Shown here: positions 50,826-59,734 of the stretch, piece after piece
How positions within the stretch are numbered: position 1 is the stretch's first letter
How the letters are laid out: every line of letters starts with the position of its first letter
From: Candidatus Latescibacterota bacterium
GTDB taxonomy: Bacteria > Latescibacterota > UBA2968 > UBA8231
NCBI GenBank assembly: GCA_965223905.1
Contig: CBDCXV010000001.1
Coordinates: forward strand, 832,001-896,000
Length of the DNA: 64,000 bases
Direction of reading: 5' to 3'
The notes under the pieces: model-generated
Databases searched by the model: none
What the model was told of the DNA's origin: nothing
Seen by the model: the letters and a program-made list of their open reading frames with translations, nothing else
Made by a program: the position numbers and the translations under genes

Positions 50826-51728
50826 CTATGGTCTGTCAGGAGCCTGCGCGAGCCTGACGTCGTATTCCGGAATAGATTGCGCGAATGATTCCAGGATAGG
50901 GGAATCCGGCGACCACTCGATTCGGGCGGTCTTGGACTTGAGATCCGGCGCACTGTAAACGAAGCGTTCGTCATAGCGCAAGTACAGCGTTTCAAAGAAC
51001 TTTTCGAGGCGGAGTGGGCTCTCGCGCGGCGGGAAGTCGGGAAGCATTTGGCCGGAACGGTCGTTGCGCGTGTCGATCAGCGCCAACGATATTGCTTCGT
51101 ATCGGCTGACGTCGTTACGAATGCCCACGCGATCCGTGAGAGCCCTCAATGCCGAATGGAAACGGCGGATCGATTCAACGGGCTCGCCGTCATCGGACAT
51201 CGCCATATCGTTCGGGGCCAAGGCGGCATCTTGGCCAGGCCAATTCGCACGGATCAGAAATAGGTATCCGAAGACAAGGGCCGGGTAAGTGATGTGCAGG
51301 TTCGTACACTCGCCGATCGTCTCTTCCATGCGATTCGTGAGATTGCGGAAGGCGCCGGTCATGCCTTTACAGGAGACGGCCAGGACTGGTCCAAGGCCGT
51401 TCTTGTTAACTACGATATCGACGCTCTTTGTCTTCAAGCCTCCGAGAACGGTCGCTTCGGCCCCGGTAGCGGTCGTTGGATCGTGTTGGATGAGGTATTG
51501 ACCGCGGCGCTCAGATACGATGAAGGGAGGTCGCGGCTTGATCTCGTCCGGCCGGAAGCCACCCTCCAGGACAAGGCGGCAGGCTACATACCAGTGGAGA
51601 GGCTTGATGTGTTCTTGGCTTTGGGTCCGCCCTTGGTAGCCTGCGAAATGCTCTAACGCGTCAGCTTGACTCACCCATTGACAGGGCCGTGGGGAACCTG
51701 TGGTGCCCTCGCTACTCCTTGGCGGCAT
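50826..51728 (-). CDS. Putative type II restriction endonuclease
   Basis: Overlaps the MTase gene. GGLKTKSVDIVV...LAVSCK...FRNLTNRMEETIG resembles the PaeR7I/XhoI-like core. ATG at 51728. Confidence 0.7.
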   Translation of the reverse strand: MPPRSSEGTTGSPRPCQWVSQADALEHFAGYQGRTQSQEHIKPLHWYVACRLVLEGGFRPDEIKPRPPFIVSERRGQYLIQHDPTTATGAEATVLGGLKTKSVDIVVNKNGLGPVLAVSCKGMTGAFRNLTNRMEETIGECTNLHITYPALVFGYLFLIRANWPGQDAALAPNDMAMSDDGEPVESIRRFHSALRALTDRVGIRNDVSRYEAISLALIDTRNDRSGQMLPDFPPRESPLRLEKFFETLYLRYDERFVYSAPDLKSKTARIEWSPDSPILESFAQSIPEYDVRLAQAPDRP

Positions 51729-53181
51729 AATGTCTCCAACTAAGCATCGTTGAAACGGCTTCCAGAATCTCGGCGCTTGACAGAGCGAACTTCGTGGAGG
51801 CCGGTGGGAACAGGATCTGCGTGGCCTCCCGAGGCTCAAGCTTCAGCATTCCGCCGCCCAGAGGATGTCCTTCGAGCTCGCAGCTCAGCCGAAGGAAGGG
51901 TGTGTCCCAGTACTTCGCCAGTTGACGAACAGCATTCTTGTCGCGGGCACGAATACTGTGGACGGCATTTGTACAGGTCGCACCCGCGGCGTTTCGGACC
52001 AAGTGCGGCATGCGCCCCGACATGTAGGTCAGGAAGAAATCGGGCACATGCACATCCGGAACTGAATACCAAGGCTCACGCATTCGGCATTTGTATGCTG
52101 CCCGGGCGCGCCTTCCCCGATCGGTATCTAGATATCTGGCAACGCCCAACGGCAATCTACCCCTCTTCGGAATCCGCAGGAGCATCATGGGATCATCGGA
52201 TTGCCACCACTGTTCTATGGTCCTCGTGGTGAGTTCTTTGGGCGGCAAGACCCGACCGTTCCGCACCGTCGGGTGGAGGAGCCTGTCTGGGATGCTCCAC
52301 TCCTCGGCCTGGGAAGGACGTAGATGGAAGAATTCGTTCGCTCCGCTGACGTATCCGATCCCAATGGTCGCGATGTCCCCGAAACGGATCGCATCCGAGC
52401 TTGACGCGGCTACCTTGTAAAGCTCTCGCACGCTGCTTGGCAACAAGTAGGGCCGTAGTCGACGGTTCCAGGAATTGCGCCACTCGTGAACCGACACCCG
52501 GATGCCGTCGCGAGGTGGTGTTGCAGATGGGATGAAGTGATCGCATACCGAGAACCGCAATTCTGCGGTGCGGCCGCCAAAGCCACTGGCATAGAGCAAC
52601 CAGCAGTCCTCGGATAGCTGTGGAAAGAGCTTTCTACGTACAGCAATGATTTGTACGGTGGAGAAATGCTTAACGAGGTAGTCCAGCAGCGGCGCAGCAT
52701 AGGGAGCATGGCCGATGGCTGCGGGCACGACAAACGCCATTCGGCCATCGGGCTCTAGCATGTTCGCGGTCGCTACAAGGAAGGGCGCCCAAGACGCAGT
52801 GAGTCCGGAAAACCTCACCCCTAAAGATGCACACAGCTTCAGGGCGCGTGCGCGGACCTCACCCTTGAAAGTCTGATAACGAATGAAGGGAGGATTGCCA
52901 GCGGCACACTCGAAGCGTTCATCTGAACTTGCAGCCCAAGCGAAGAAGTCAGCCTCGCAGACGACTCCCCAGGGAGCACGGCGCATCGCCACGCGCACAG
53001 CTACGGGGTCTTGTTCGACCCCGTAGCTGTTCTGGTGGGCAGCAATGAAACGGCCATCTCCGCATGACGGATCGAGAAGCCGGTCGGACTCCTTTCGAAC
53101 GGCCCAACGAACGAGATTGGCCACGACAGGTTCCGGGGTATAGTAGGCGCCGGAATGCTTTTGCGAGAGGATAGCCATCAA
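51712..53181 (-). CDS. Amino (likely N6-adenine) DNA methyltransferase, gamma class
   Basis: GAYYTP, LLDPSCGDGRF (motif I) before GNPPF (motif IV), GRMAFVVP, C-terminal GGGMLKLEPRE. Confidence 0.92.
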   Translation of the reverse strand: MMAILSQKHSGAYYTPEPVVANLVRWAVRKESDRLLDPSCGDGRFIAAHQNSYGVEQDPVAVRVAMRRAPWGVVCEADFFAWAASSDERFECAAGNPPFIRYQTFKGEVRARALKLCASLGVRFSGLTASWAPFLVATANMLEPDGRMAFVVPAAIGHAPYAAPLLDYLVKHFSTVQIIAVRRKLFPQLSEDCWLLYASGFGGRTAELRFSVCDHFIPSATPPRDGIRVSVHEWRNSWNRRLRPYLLPSSVRELYKVAASSSDAIRFGDIATIGIGYVSGANEFFHLRPSQAEEWSIPDRLLHPTVRNGRVLPPKELTTRTIEQWWQSDDPMMLLRIPKRGRLPLGVARYLDTDRGRRARAAYKCRMREPWYSVPDVHVPDFFLTYMSGRMPHLVRNAAGATCTNAVHSIRARDKNAVRQLAKYWDTPFLRLSCELEGHPLGGGMLKLEPREATQILFPPASTKFALSSAEILEAVSTMLSWRHYAAKE

Positions 53182-53518
53182 GCAACTCCTAAGGGCTTAA
53201 GACCTCCATCATGGGTGATAACCGCCTCCCCGGACCATCTTCAGAGTTTCTTCTTGAGGCCGGATCGCCGTGGTCTGTCGATCCTTGGTGTCCAGCACCC
53301 AACCTCGCATTCAGGCTGCCAGTCCCGTGGTGGTTCTTTAACCATCCCCTGTTATTTCAGCGGGAATGTGGATGACGTATGGCAGTTCAACCTGATCGGG
53401 ATTGGGGTCCCGCCTGGAGATCGTCCAGACAGTCGGTCAGGGGGCGGTTTTTCAAGGCAAGCCAATCCAAATCGGCCCGGATTGGAAAATCCGCCACCAT
53501 AATCATAACAACCGAGGC

Positions 53519-53544
53519 CGCAGGCGCCGAAAACCGCGCCTGCG
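53519..53544 (-). terminator. Hairpin downstream of the gluconolactonase gene, possible terminator
   Basis: CGCAGGCGC/GCGCCTGCG 9-bp stem with an 8-nt loop, followed by a weakly T-rich tract on the minus strand. Confidence 0.4.
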
Positions 53545-53565
53545 CCCCGGCAGTATTTCCAGCTG

Positions 53566-54654
53566 CTACGGCGACGGCAACTGGTACCCCTCCACCTCGA
53601 CCTCGATCTTCGCCAGTACCGACTTCTGCCCATCCATGCCGATCCCGTAGGTCAAGTAGAGCGTCTTCGCCGTCTCGCCGCGGCCGAAGGCGACGTTGGT
53701 TGGAACCGGTGTCGGGATGTAGGCGAGTTCCTCACCCTGGGGAGAATAGCAGACGATTCCGGGCCGCTTCGCGTCGCGCACCGCGACCCAGAGATTCCCC
53801 TCGACGTCGCACACCAGCCCGTCGGGGCCGTCTTCAGGCAGATAGTCTACCAGCACCTCGCGGAAGGCGGCGCTGCCGTCTTCTGCGAGGTCGTAGGCCA
53901 GCAGCGCCATTCTGCCCTTGTGCGAGGGATCCGCGGCAGTCATGCCGCCGGGGTCGGCGGCGGCCAGCGGCAGGCCAGTCGAGCCGTTGTCGTTGGAGAC
54001 GACGTAGAGCGACTTCTGGTCCGGCGACACGGCGACGCCGTTCGGTTTTCCGGCGTCGGTGATGATGCGGTGGATCGATCCGTCCGTGTCGATGCGGTAG
54101 ACGCCGAAGACTCCCATCTCCATGGACTCGTGCCCGAGGTAGCGCGGATCGCTGAAATAGATCCGCCCCTTTTCGTCGAGTGAGACGTCATTGGGGGAGT
54201 TGAATTTCCTGCCGTTGTAGGTGCCGGCGATGATCTCGGCCTTGCCGGTCGTCAGGTCGGTGCGCGTCACCCGGCGCCCGCCGAAGTCCGCCCCTTCACA
54301 GGCGATCAGCCGCCCCATGGCGTCGAACTTGAGGCCGTTCGACATGCCGCTCGGCGAGCGGAAGACCGCGGTTTCCCCGGTCATGGGGTCGTGGCGCCAG
54401 ATGTGGCCGGCCTGCATGCCGGAGACGCCGCTGAAGGTGATGTCGCTGAAGTAGACCGACCCGTCCAGCGCCACCGCCGGCCCCTCGGTGAAGAAGGCGC
54501 CGTCGAAGACAACTTCGATGCGGGCGTCCTTCGAGATGATGTCCGGATTCCCGGACGGAGCGGGAAGCTCGTGGTCGTCTGCCCAGGCTCCCGCCGCCAG
54601 CAGCAGGGCGCCGCCGATCGTCGCGATTCGAGAAACAAGAATGCTTGTGCGCAT
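53566..54654 (-). CDS. SMP-30/gluconolactonase/LRE family protein with signal peptide
   Basis: FTEGP, YFSD, SNGLKFD, FNSPND, KPNGVAVSPD, GPDGL..D.EGNLW. Signal peptide ending AWA. Confidence 0.92.
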   Translation of the reverse strand: MRTSILVSRIATIGGALLLAAGAWADDHELPAPSGNPDIISKDARIEVVFDGAFFTEGPAVALDGSVYFSDITFSGVSGMQAGHIWRHDPMTGETAVFRSPSGMSNGLKFDAMGRLIACEGADFGGRRVTRTDLTTGKAEIIAGTYNGRKFNSPNDVSLDEKGRIYFSDPRYLGHESMEMGVFGVYRIDTDGSIHRIITDAGKPNGVAVSPDQKSLYVVSNDNGSTGLPLAAADPGGMTAADPSHKGRMALLAYDLAEDGSAAFREVLVDYLPEDGPDGLVCDVEGNLWVAVRDAKRPGIVCYSPQGEELAYIPTPVPTNVAFGRGETAKTLYLTYGIGMDGQKSVLAKIEVEVEGYQLPSP

Positions 54655-54785
54655 GTCCCTCTCCTTTGTTTGCGAGGGTGTGCAATCGGCCACCCTCTCT
54701 GTTGGTTGGTCCTTGCCCGCCGCGTCCGGCCTCGAAAATACCGGAGCGCCGCGGACGGAAGCTATGATTCCTTTCCGCCGCGCCC

Positions 54786-55982
54786 CTACCGCTGCCAGAC
54801 TTCGGTCGACGCGCCGGTGGGGTGCGGAGCGGTCGGCCGCCAGCGCAGCTCCCGGTACGACTCGTACTCGATCTGCAGCCAGTCGGTCGGCACCCGCACG
54901 TGCCCGGCGTAGCGCGAGTCCATCGCCGCGGCCAGGATGCCGCTGGTCAACAGGGTCCGCTCCACCGGGTACGCCGGCACCCCGGTGAGGAACATCTCCT
55001 CGATGTTGAGGCCGAGGTAGCTGAAGTGGGCGTTGGCGTTCTGCATCGGGTCGATGGCCTTGAAATGGTTGAACTCCGTGGCCGCCACCTCACCCCCTGC
55101 CGCGCGCGCCGCGTACGCCCAGTCGCCGACGACCCCCTTCGGCAGGATCAGCACCGCTGACCTGAGACCGTCCCGGTACTCGATCAGGAAAACCGCCGGC
55201 TCCGGGCACAGCTCCTCGACGGCTCCGGACGGCTTCTCGGAGATGGCGTCCCACGCCGCCTGCAGCAGCTCGCGGGACCAGTCCCCGCGCCTCGCCGCCT
55301 CCCATACCGCTTCTCCCTGGAGGCAGGTGACCGCGGCGACCCCGGTCTCCCCTCCCCGGCGCCGCTCGACCATCGCCTGCATCGGCTCGAGGGCGTGGAT
55401 TCCGTACGTCTCCAGTCCCGAGAAGCCGATCGTCACGGTTTCGCGCAGGTCGTCGCCGTCGTGCTCCAGCCAGGGGTTGCGCCACATCAGAGGCACCGAC
55501 GAGCCGGCCATGAACGGGGCCCCGAGCTCGCGGGCGCGGTCGTACATCCACCGGGCGTCGGGCCAGCTCCAGGACAGGTGCTTGTCGTTGAACACCGGCA
55601 CGGCGCGGCCGCTCGTCGCCATGACGCCGCAGATCTGCTCCATGAAATGCCGCCGGGGGTACAGGTACTGCTCCTTTTCGCTCCAGGCGTACTTGCCGTG
55701 CTCGCAGATGCTGAGGACTCCATCCACGGCCAGCTGATCGCCTCCCAGAGTCAGGGCATCGATCATGATGTTGAAGATCGGCACGCCGTGGGCGGCCGCC
55801 ATTTCGCGGCCGAGATCGCTGTTGCCCGGTTGATCGAAGTGGAGGGAGGCGATCTCCACGCGGGACTCGATCCAGCCGTCGTCGGTGGGAAACCCCCTGA
55901 GGAATTTCGAGACGATGACGTCGGCGTGAGAGCGGGGCCGGTACTCCGAGACGATCGCGGCGATTTTCTTCTTTGCGGTCAT
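54786..55982 (-). CDS. Uncharacterised Gfo/Idh/MocA-like protein (paralogue 2)
   Basis: MTAKKKIAAIVSEY...SHADVI, VDGVLSICEHG, PVFNDKHLS, MAGSS, YGIHALE, YPVERTLLTSG. Confidence 0.75.
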   Translation of the reverse strand: MTAKKKIAAIVSEYRPRSHADVIVSKFLRGFPTDDGWIESRVEIASLHFDQPGNSDLGREMAAAHGVPIFNIMIDALTLGGDQLAVDGVLSICEHGKYAWSEKEQYLYPRRHFMEQICGVMATSGRAVPVFNDKHLSWSWPDARWMYDRARELGAPFMAGSSVPLMWRNPWLEHDGDDLRETVTIGFSGLETYGIHALEPMQAMVERRRGGETGVAAVTCLQGEAVWEAARRGDWSRELLQAAWDAISEKPSGAVEELCPEPAVFLIEYRDGLRSAVLILPKGVVGDWAYAARAAGGEVAATEFNHFKAIDPMQNANAHFSYLGLNIEEMFLTGVPAYPVERTLLTSGILAAAMDSRYAGHVRVPTDWLQIEYESYRELRWRPTAPHPTGASTEVWQR

Positions 55983-55993
55983 GGCGGTCGCCT

Positions 55994-57190
55994 TCAGGCT
56001 GGAGGAGGCCAGGGGTCGAGACAGGCGCCGGCCGGCCGCGGTCCGAGCGGACGCCACGGCAGCTCGTCGTACGATTCGTAGGCGACGTCGAGCCAACCGG
56101 TCTCGAGCCGGCGGTACCCCTCGTGGCGCGACGTCAATGCCGCCTCGAGCACCCCGCTCGTCAGCAGGGTGCGTTCCACCGGCCAGACGGGGCGGCCGCT
56201 GACGAACATCTCCTCGATGTTGAGGCCGAGGTAGCTGAAGTGGGCGTGTGCGCCGTTGCCGCCGTGGCCCTGGCAGTGGAACTCCGAGGCTTCGACGCTG
56301 CCGCCGCCGAGGCGGGCGGCGTAGGCGAGGTCGGTGACGTAGCCGTTCAGCATCAGCGCCGACCCCCTGAGGCCGTCGCGGTACTCGACGGCGAACAGCG
56401 ACGGGTTGCGGCAGTGTTCCTCCATGCTGCCCTGCGGCTTGTCGGGGAGAGCCGCGCAGGCGGCTTCGGCCAGCTGGCGCGACCACACCCCTCGTTCTGC
56501 CGCCTCCCAGACGGCATCCCCCTCGAAACAGGTGACCGCCGCAACCCCGGTTTCCCCTCCGCGCCGGCGTTCCACCATGCACTGCAGCACCTCGAGGGTG
56601 TGGAACCCGTAGATGTCCAGGCCCGAGAACCCGACGGCCAGCGCTTCCTCGAGCTCCACCCCCTTCTCGTGCTCGAGCCAGGGGCTGCGCCAGGCCACCG
56701 GCAGGGAAGAGCCGGCCATCAGCGGTGCTTGAAGACCCGCCGCGCGCTCGCACATCCAGCGGCAGTCGTGCCAGTTGTAGGAGAGGTGCTTGTCATTGAA
56801 GACGGGGACGCCGCGTCCGCTCGTCGCCATGACGCCGCAGATCTGCTCCATGAAATAGCGGCGCGGGTAGAGCTGCTGCTGCTTCTCGTTCCAGGCGTAG
56901 TCCCCGTGCTCGCCGATCAGCAGCACCCCGTCGACCGCGAGGGAATCGCCCCCGAGGGTCAGGGCGCCGGGAATGCTGTGGTAGATGGGGACCCCGTGCT
57001 CGGCGGCGATATCCCTGCCGATGTCGGTGTCGGGAAACTGGTCGATGTACATCGAGGCGATCTCGACTTGAGGCGCGATCAGGCCGTCGTCGGTCGGGAA
57101 GCCCTTGAGGAACTTGCCGACGAGAACGTCGGCGTGAGAGCCGCGGAAATACTGGGTGATGACCGCGGCGATGCGTTTGCGGGTGGACAA
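55994..57190 (-). CDS. Uncharacterised Gfo/Idh/MocA-like protein (paralogue 1)
   Basis: Same motifs as its neighbour: SHADVL, VDGVLLIGEHG, PVFNDKHLS, YGFHTLE, WPVERTLLTSG. Confidence 0.75.
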   Translation of the reverse strand: MSTRKRIAAVITQYFRGSHADVLVGKFLKGFPTDDGLIAPQVEIASMYIDQFPDTDIGRDIAAEHGVPIYHSIPGALTLGGDSLAVDGVLLIGEHGDYAWNEKQQQLYPRRYFMEQICGVMATSGRGVPVFNDKHLSYNWHDCRWMCERAAGLQAPLMAGSSLPVAWRSPWLEHEKGVELEEALAVGFSGLDIYGFHTLEVLQCMVERRRGGETGVAAVTCFEGDAVWEAAERGVWSRQLAEAACAALPDKPQGSMEEHCRNPSLFAVEYRDGLRGSALMLNGYVTDLAYAARLGGGSVEASEFHCQGHGGNGAHAHFSYLGLNIEEMFVSGRPVWPVERTLLTSGVLEAALTSRHEGYRRLETGWLDVAYESYDELPWRPLGPRPAGACLDPWPPPA

Positions 57191-57206
57191 GGGAGGAGGC
57201 GGAAGC

Positions 57207-58163
57207 TCAGGCGACCGCCGCCAGGGCGGCCAGCAGCGCCTTGATGTAGCCGACCGAGTAGGCGAGGCCGTGCTGGCCGCCGTCGCCGTCGCCCTCGAGA
57301 GCGGGGATGTGGTCGGGGTTGAGACAGCCGTCGAAGCCGAGCCGTTTCAGCTTCAGCAGCACCTTGAACATGTTGATGTCGCCGTCGTCGAGGAGCACCT
57401 CCTCGAAGGCGCTCGCCGTCGCCAGGGAGCCGCGCACGTTGCGCAGATGCACCATGAAGATACGCCCCTTGCGCCCGTAGTTGTCGATCTCGTCCATGAT
57501 CAGCGGCCCGCCCCCCGCCTCGGCGCGAGTGCCGCAACAGTAGAGGTATCCCACCTGCGGGCTCGGAAAGGCGTCGATGAGGCGGTGAAACCCCAGCCCT
57601 CCGAGCGGGGTGTCGGCATTCGGTGTGTCCGACGGGTGCATCGCCAGCCTGATGCCGGTCTCTTCGGCGACGGGCACCAGTTCCCCGTACAGGACGCAGA
57701 ACCGTTCCCACCAGAAATCCAGCGCCTCCGGCGCCGGCGGAGGCGGCGGATTGCGCGTCATCGCCAGGCTCTCCCCCCGCGACTCGTAGCCGCCGCGGTG
57801 TTTCGAGCGGTAGCGCGTCATCATGGCGGGGAAGGTGTCTCCGGCGACGCGCTGTCTCGCGATCGGGACTCCCGCCTCGGCGAACACCCGCAGCGCCCGG
57901 CAGCTGTTCTCCAACTTCTTTCCGCCGTCCTCCCGGTCCTTCATGAACTCCTCGGTGATGTCGGGAAGGGTGACGCGGTTGATGTCCATGCCCCAGGACT
58001 GGATTTTGCGCCGGATCCCGACGACCTCGTCGAGGTCGGGGTACCCCTGCTCCCGGACGCCGGGGAAGTAGTCGCCGCTGCCGAAGTCGAGGCAGTCGAC
58101 CCCGAGTTGAGAGGCTCTTCGCAGGTGGCTTTCGGAGGTGTCGCCCCAGATGGAAATGCGCAT
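57207..58163 (-). CDS. uxuA: Mannonate dehydratase (UxuA) family protein
   Basis: PVAEETGIRLAMHPSD, YCCGT, IFMVHLRNVRG, FEEVLLDDGDINM, PDHIP, AYSVGYIKAL. ATG at 58163. Confidence 0.85.
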   Translation of the reverse strand: MRISIWGDTSESHLRRASQLGVDCLDFGSGDYFPGVREQGYPDLDEVVGIRRKIQSWGMDINRVTLPDITEEFMKDREDGGKKLENSCRALRVFAEAGVPIARQRVAGDTFPAMMTRYRSKHRGGYESRGESLAMTRNPPPPPAPEALDFWWERFCVLYGELVPVAEETGIRLAMHPSDTPNADTPLGGLGFHRLIDAFPSPQVGYLYCCGTRAEAGGGPLIMDEIDNYGRKGRIFMVHLRNVRGSLATASAFEEVLLDDGDINMFKVLLKLKRLGFDGCLNPDHIPALEGDGDGGQHGLAYSVGYIKALLAALAAVA

Positions 58164-58392
58164 CGGGACTCGCAGTGACCTTTCGGGGAGGCGGCGGATC
58201 AGCGGGCTCGTCGCGCCGCGACAGGCTGCCTGTTTCCCTTGCTGAAGGCGGGGGCGGTGAGGATTTCCGGCGTGTCGCCGCTGTGGTTTGCGGCCGCCCA
58301 GGTTTTCTCTCTTGCCCCGAGGGAGCAGCAAGATAACTTGACCGGCATTGATCTACAACCGGCGCAAAGCGCGAAAAAACAGGTGCGGGAGA

Positions 58393-58791
58393 ATGTCCGG
58401 GAACGGCTGTTTCGAGCTGGAATTCGAGGTGCGGGACTACGAGTGCGACTTGCAGGGGATCGTCAACAACGCCGTCTATCTCAACTACCTGGAGCACACC
58501 CGCCACCGGCATCTGAAGAGCCTCGGCATCGACTTCGCCGCCCTGCACGAGCGCGGCTGCGACCTCGTGGTCACGCGTTCCGAGATCGACTACGAGAGCC
58601 CGCTGCGCAGCGGCGACCGCTTCGTCGTGCGCTCGCGGATGCGCCGGCAACGGCGGATCCGTTTCCTGTTCGAGCAGGAGGTCGTCAAGCTGCCGGGACA
58701 GGAGCGGGTGCTGCAAGCGGTCATAACCGGCACCGGTGTGATCGACGGCAGGATCGGCCTGCCCCCGGAACTGCAGAAGCTGCCGGGGTAG
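58393..58791 (+). CDS. Acyl-CoA thioesterase (YbgC/FadM hotdog family)
   Basis: VRDYECDLQGIVNNAVYLNYLEHTR, IDYESPLRSGD. Confidence 0.9.
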   Translation: MSGNGCFELEFEVRDYECDLQGIVNNAVYLNYLEHTRHRHLKSLGIDFAALHERGCDLVVTRSEIDYESPLRSGDRFVVRSRMRRQRRIRFLFEQEVVKLPGQERVLQAVITGTGVIDGRIGLPPELQKLPG

Positions 58792-58904
58792 CTGTTCCGG
58801 CGAGGGCGCGCCCCCACAAGGCCCGGCATCCGGCGAGGAGCCGGCTGTAGCCGCGACTCAGGGAAGCGGCCGCATTTTCCAACCAAACTGAAAGGAGGTC
58901 TCCG

Positions 58905-59684
58905 ATGAAAGAGAAGATCTGGCTCTGGTGTCACCCGACGGGAGCTCACGATGGGCGCTGGAACCTGCCCGACTCCTCAGCGGCTCCGATGGAGGCGCTC
59001 CGCTACCTCGACATCGAGAACGCGATCTACGTCGTCTTCAACAATCTCCCCCAGCCCCCCTTCGTTCCCCACGTCGGCGGCCTCAAGGAAGCGCGCCGGC
59101 TCGTTTGGTCGATCGTCGGCGATTCGAGCAGCGACCGGAACGACGACCGCGCCGACCTGGAGCCGGTGCTCGAGCTCGCCCGCGACTGCCCCAACCTCAC
59201 CGGGGCGATCACCGACGACTTCTTCCTTTTGCAACCTGGCGCCGACGGAGAACAGGCGCGGCTTTCGCTCGAGGAGCTCGCCGGCTGCCGCGACGCCCTC
59301 GGACGCTGCGAGCCGGCGCTGGAGCTGTGGACGGTTGTCTACGACATGATTCTCGGCCGGCCTCTGAAGCCGTATCTCGACCTGTGCGACGTGGTGACAT
59401 ACTGGACCTGGGAAGCGAAGAATCTCGTCGATCTCGAGCAAAACTTCGCCGCGGTCGAGGCGATGGCCCCGGACTGCCGCAAGCTTCTCGGCTGCTACAT
59501 GTGGGACTACGGCTCCGGGGGGGCCGAGGTTCCGCCCGAGCTCATGGACAAGCAGTGCCGCCTGGCCGAGTCGTGGATCGACTCCGGGCGCATCGACGGG
59601 GTGATCTTCCTGGCGGGCAATCTCTACGGCACGCGAACCGCGGGAATCGAGTACGTCAGGGACTGGCTCGCCGATCGCTGGTAA
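58905..59684 (+). CDS. Hypothetical protein, possible TIM-barrel glycoside-hydrolase-like fold
   Basis: Strong AGGAGG RBS and host-like codon use. Motifs GAITDDFF, LWTVVY, DVVTYWTW, LGCYMWDY, IDGVIF. Confidence 0.6.
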   Translation: MKEKIWLWCHPTGAHDGRWNLPDSSAAPMEALRYLDIENAIYVVFNNLPQPPFVPHVGGLKEARRLVWSIVGDSSSDRNDDRADLEPVLELARDCPNLTGAITDDFFLLQPGADGEQARLSLEELAGCRDALGRCEPALELWTVVYDMILGRPLKPYLDLCDVVTYWTWEAKNLVDLEQNFAAVEAMAPDCRKLLGCYMWDYGSGGAEVPPELMDKQCRLAESWIDSGRIDGVIFLAGNLYGTRTAGIEYVRDWLADRW

Positions 59685-59734
59685 AGTATCCCGGCACACC
59701 ATCCTCGCCGGCAGACCGATTCCGTGTCGGGCCG

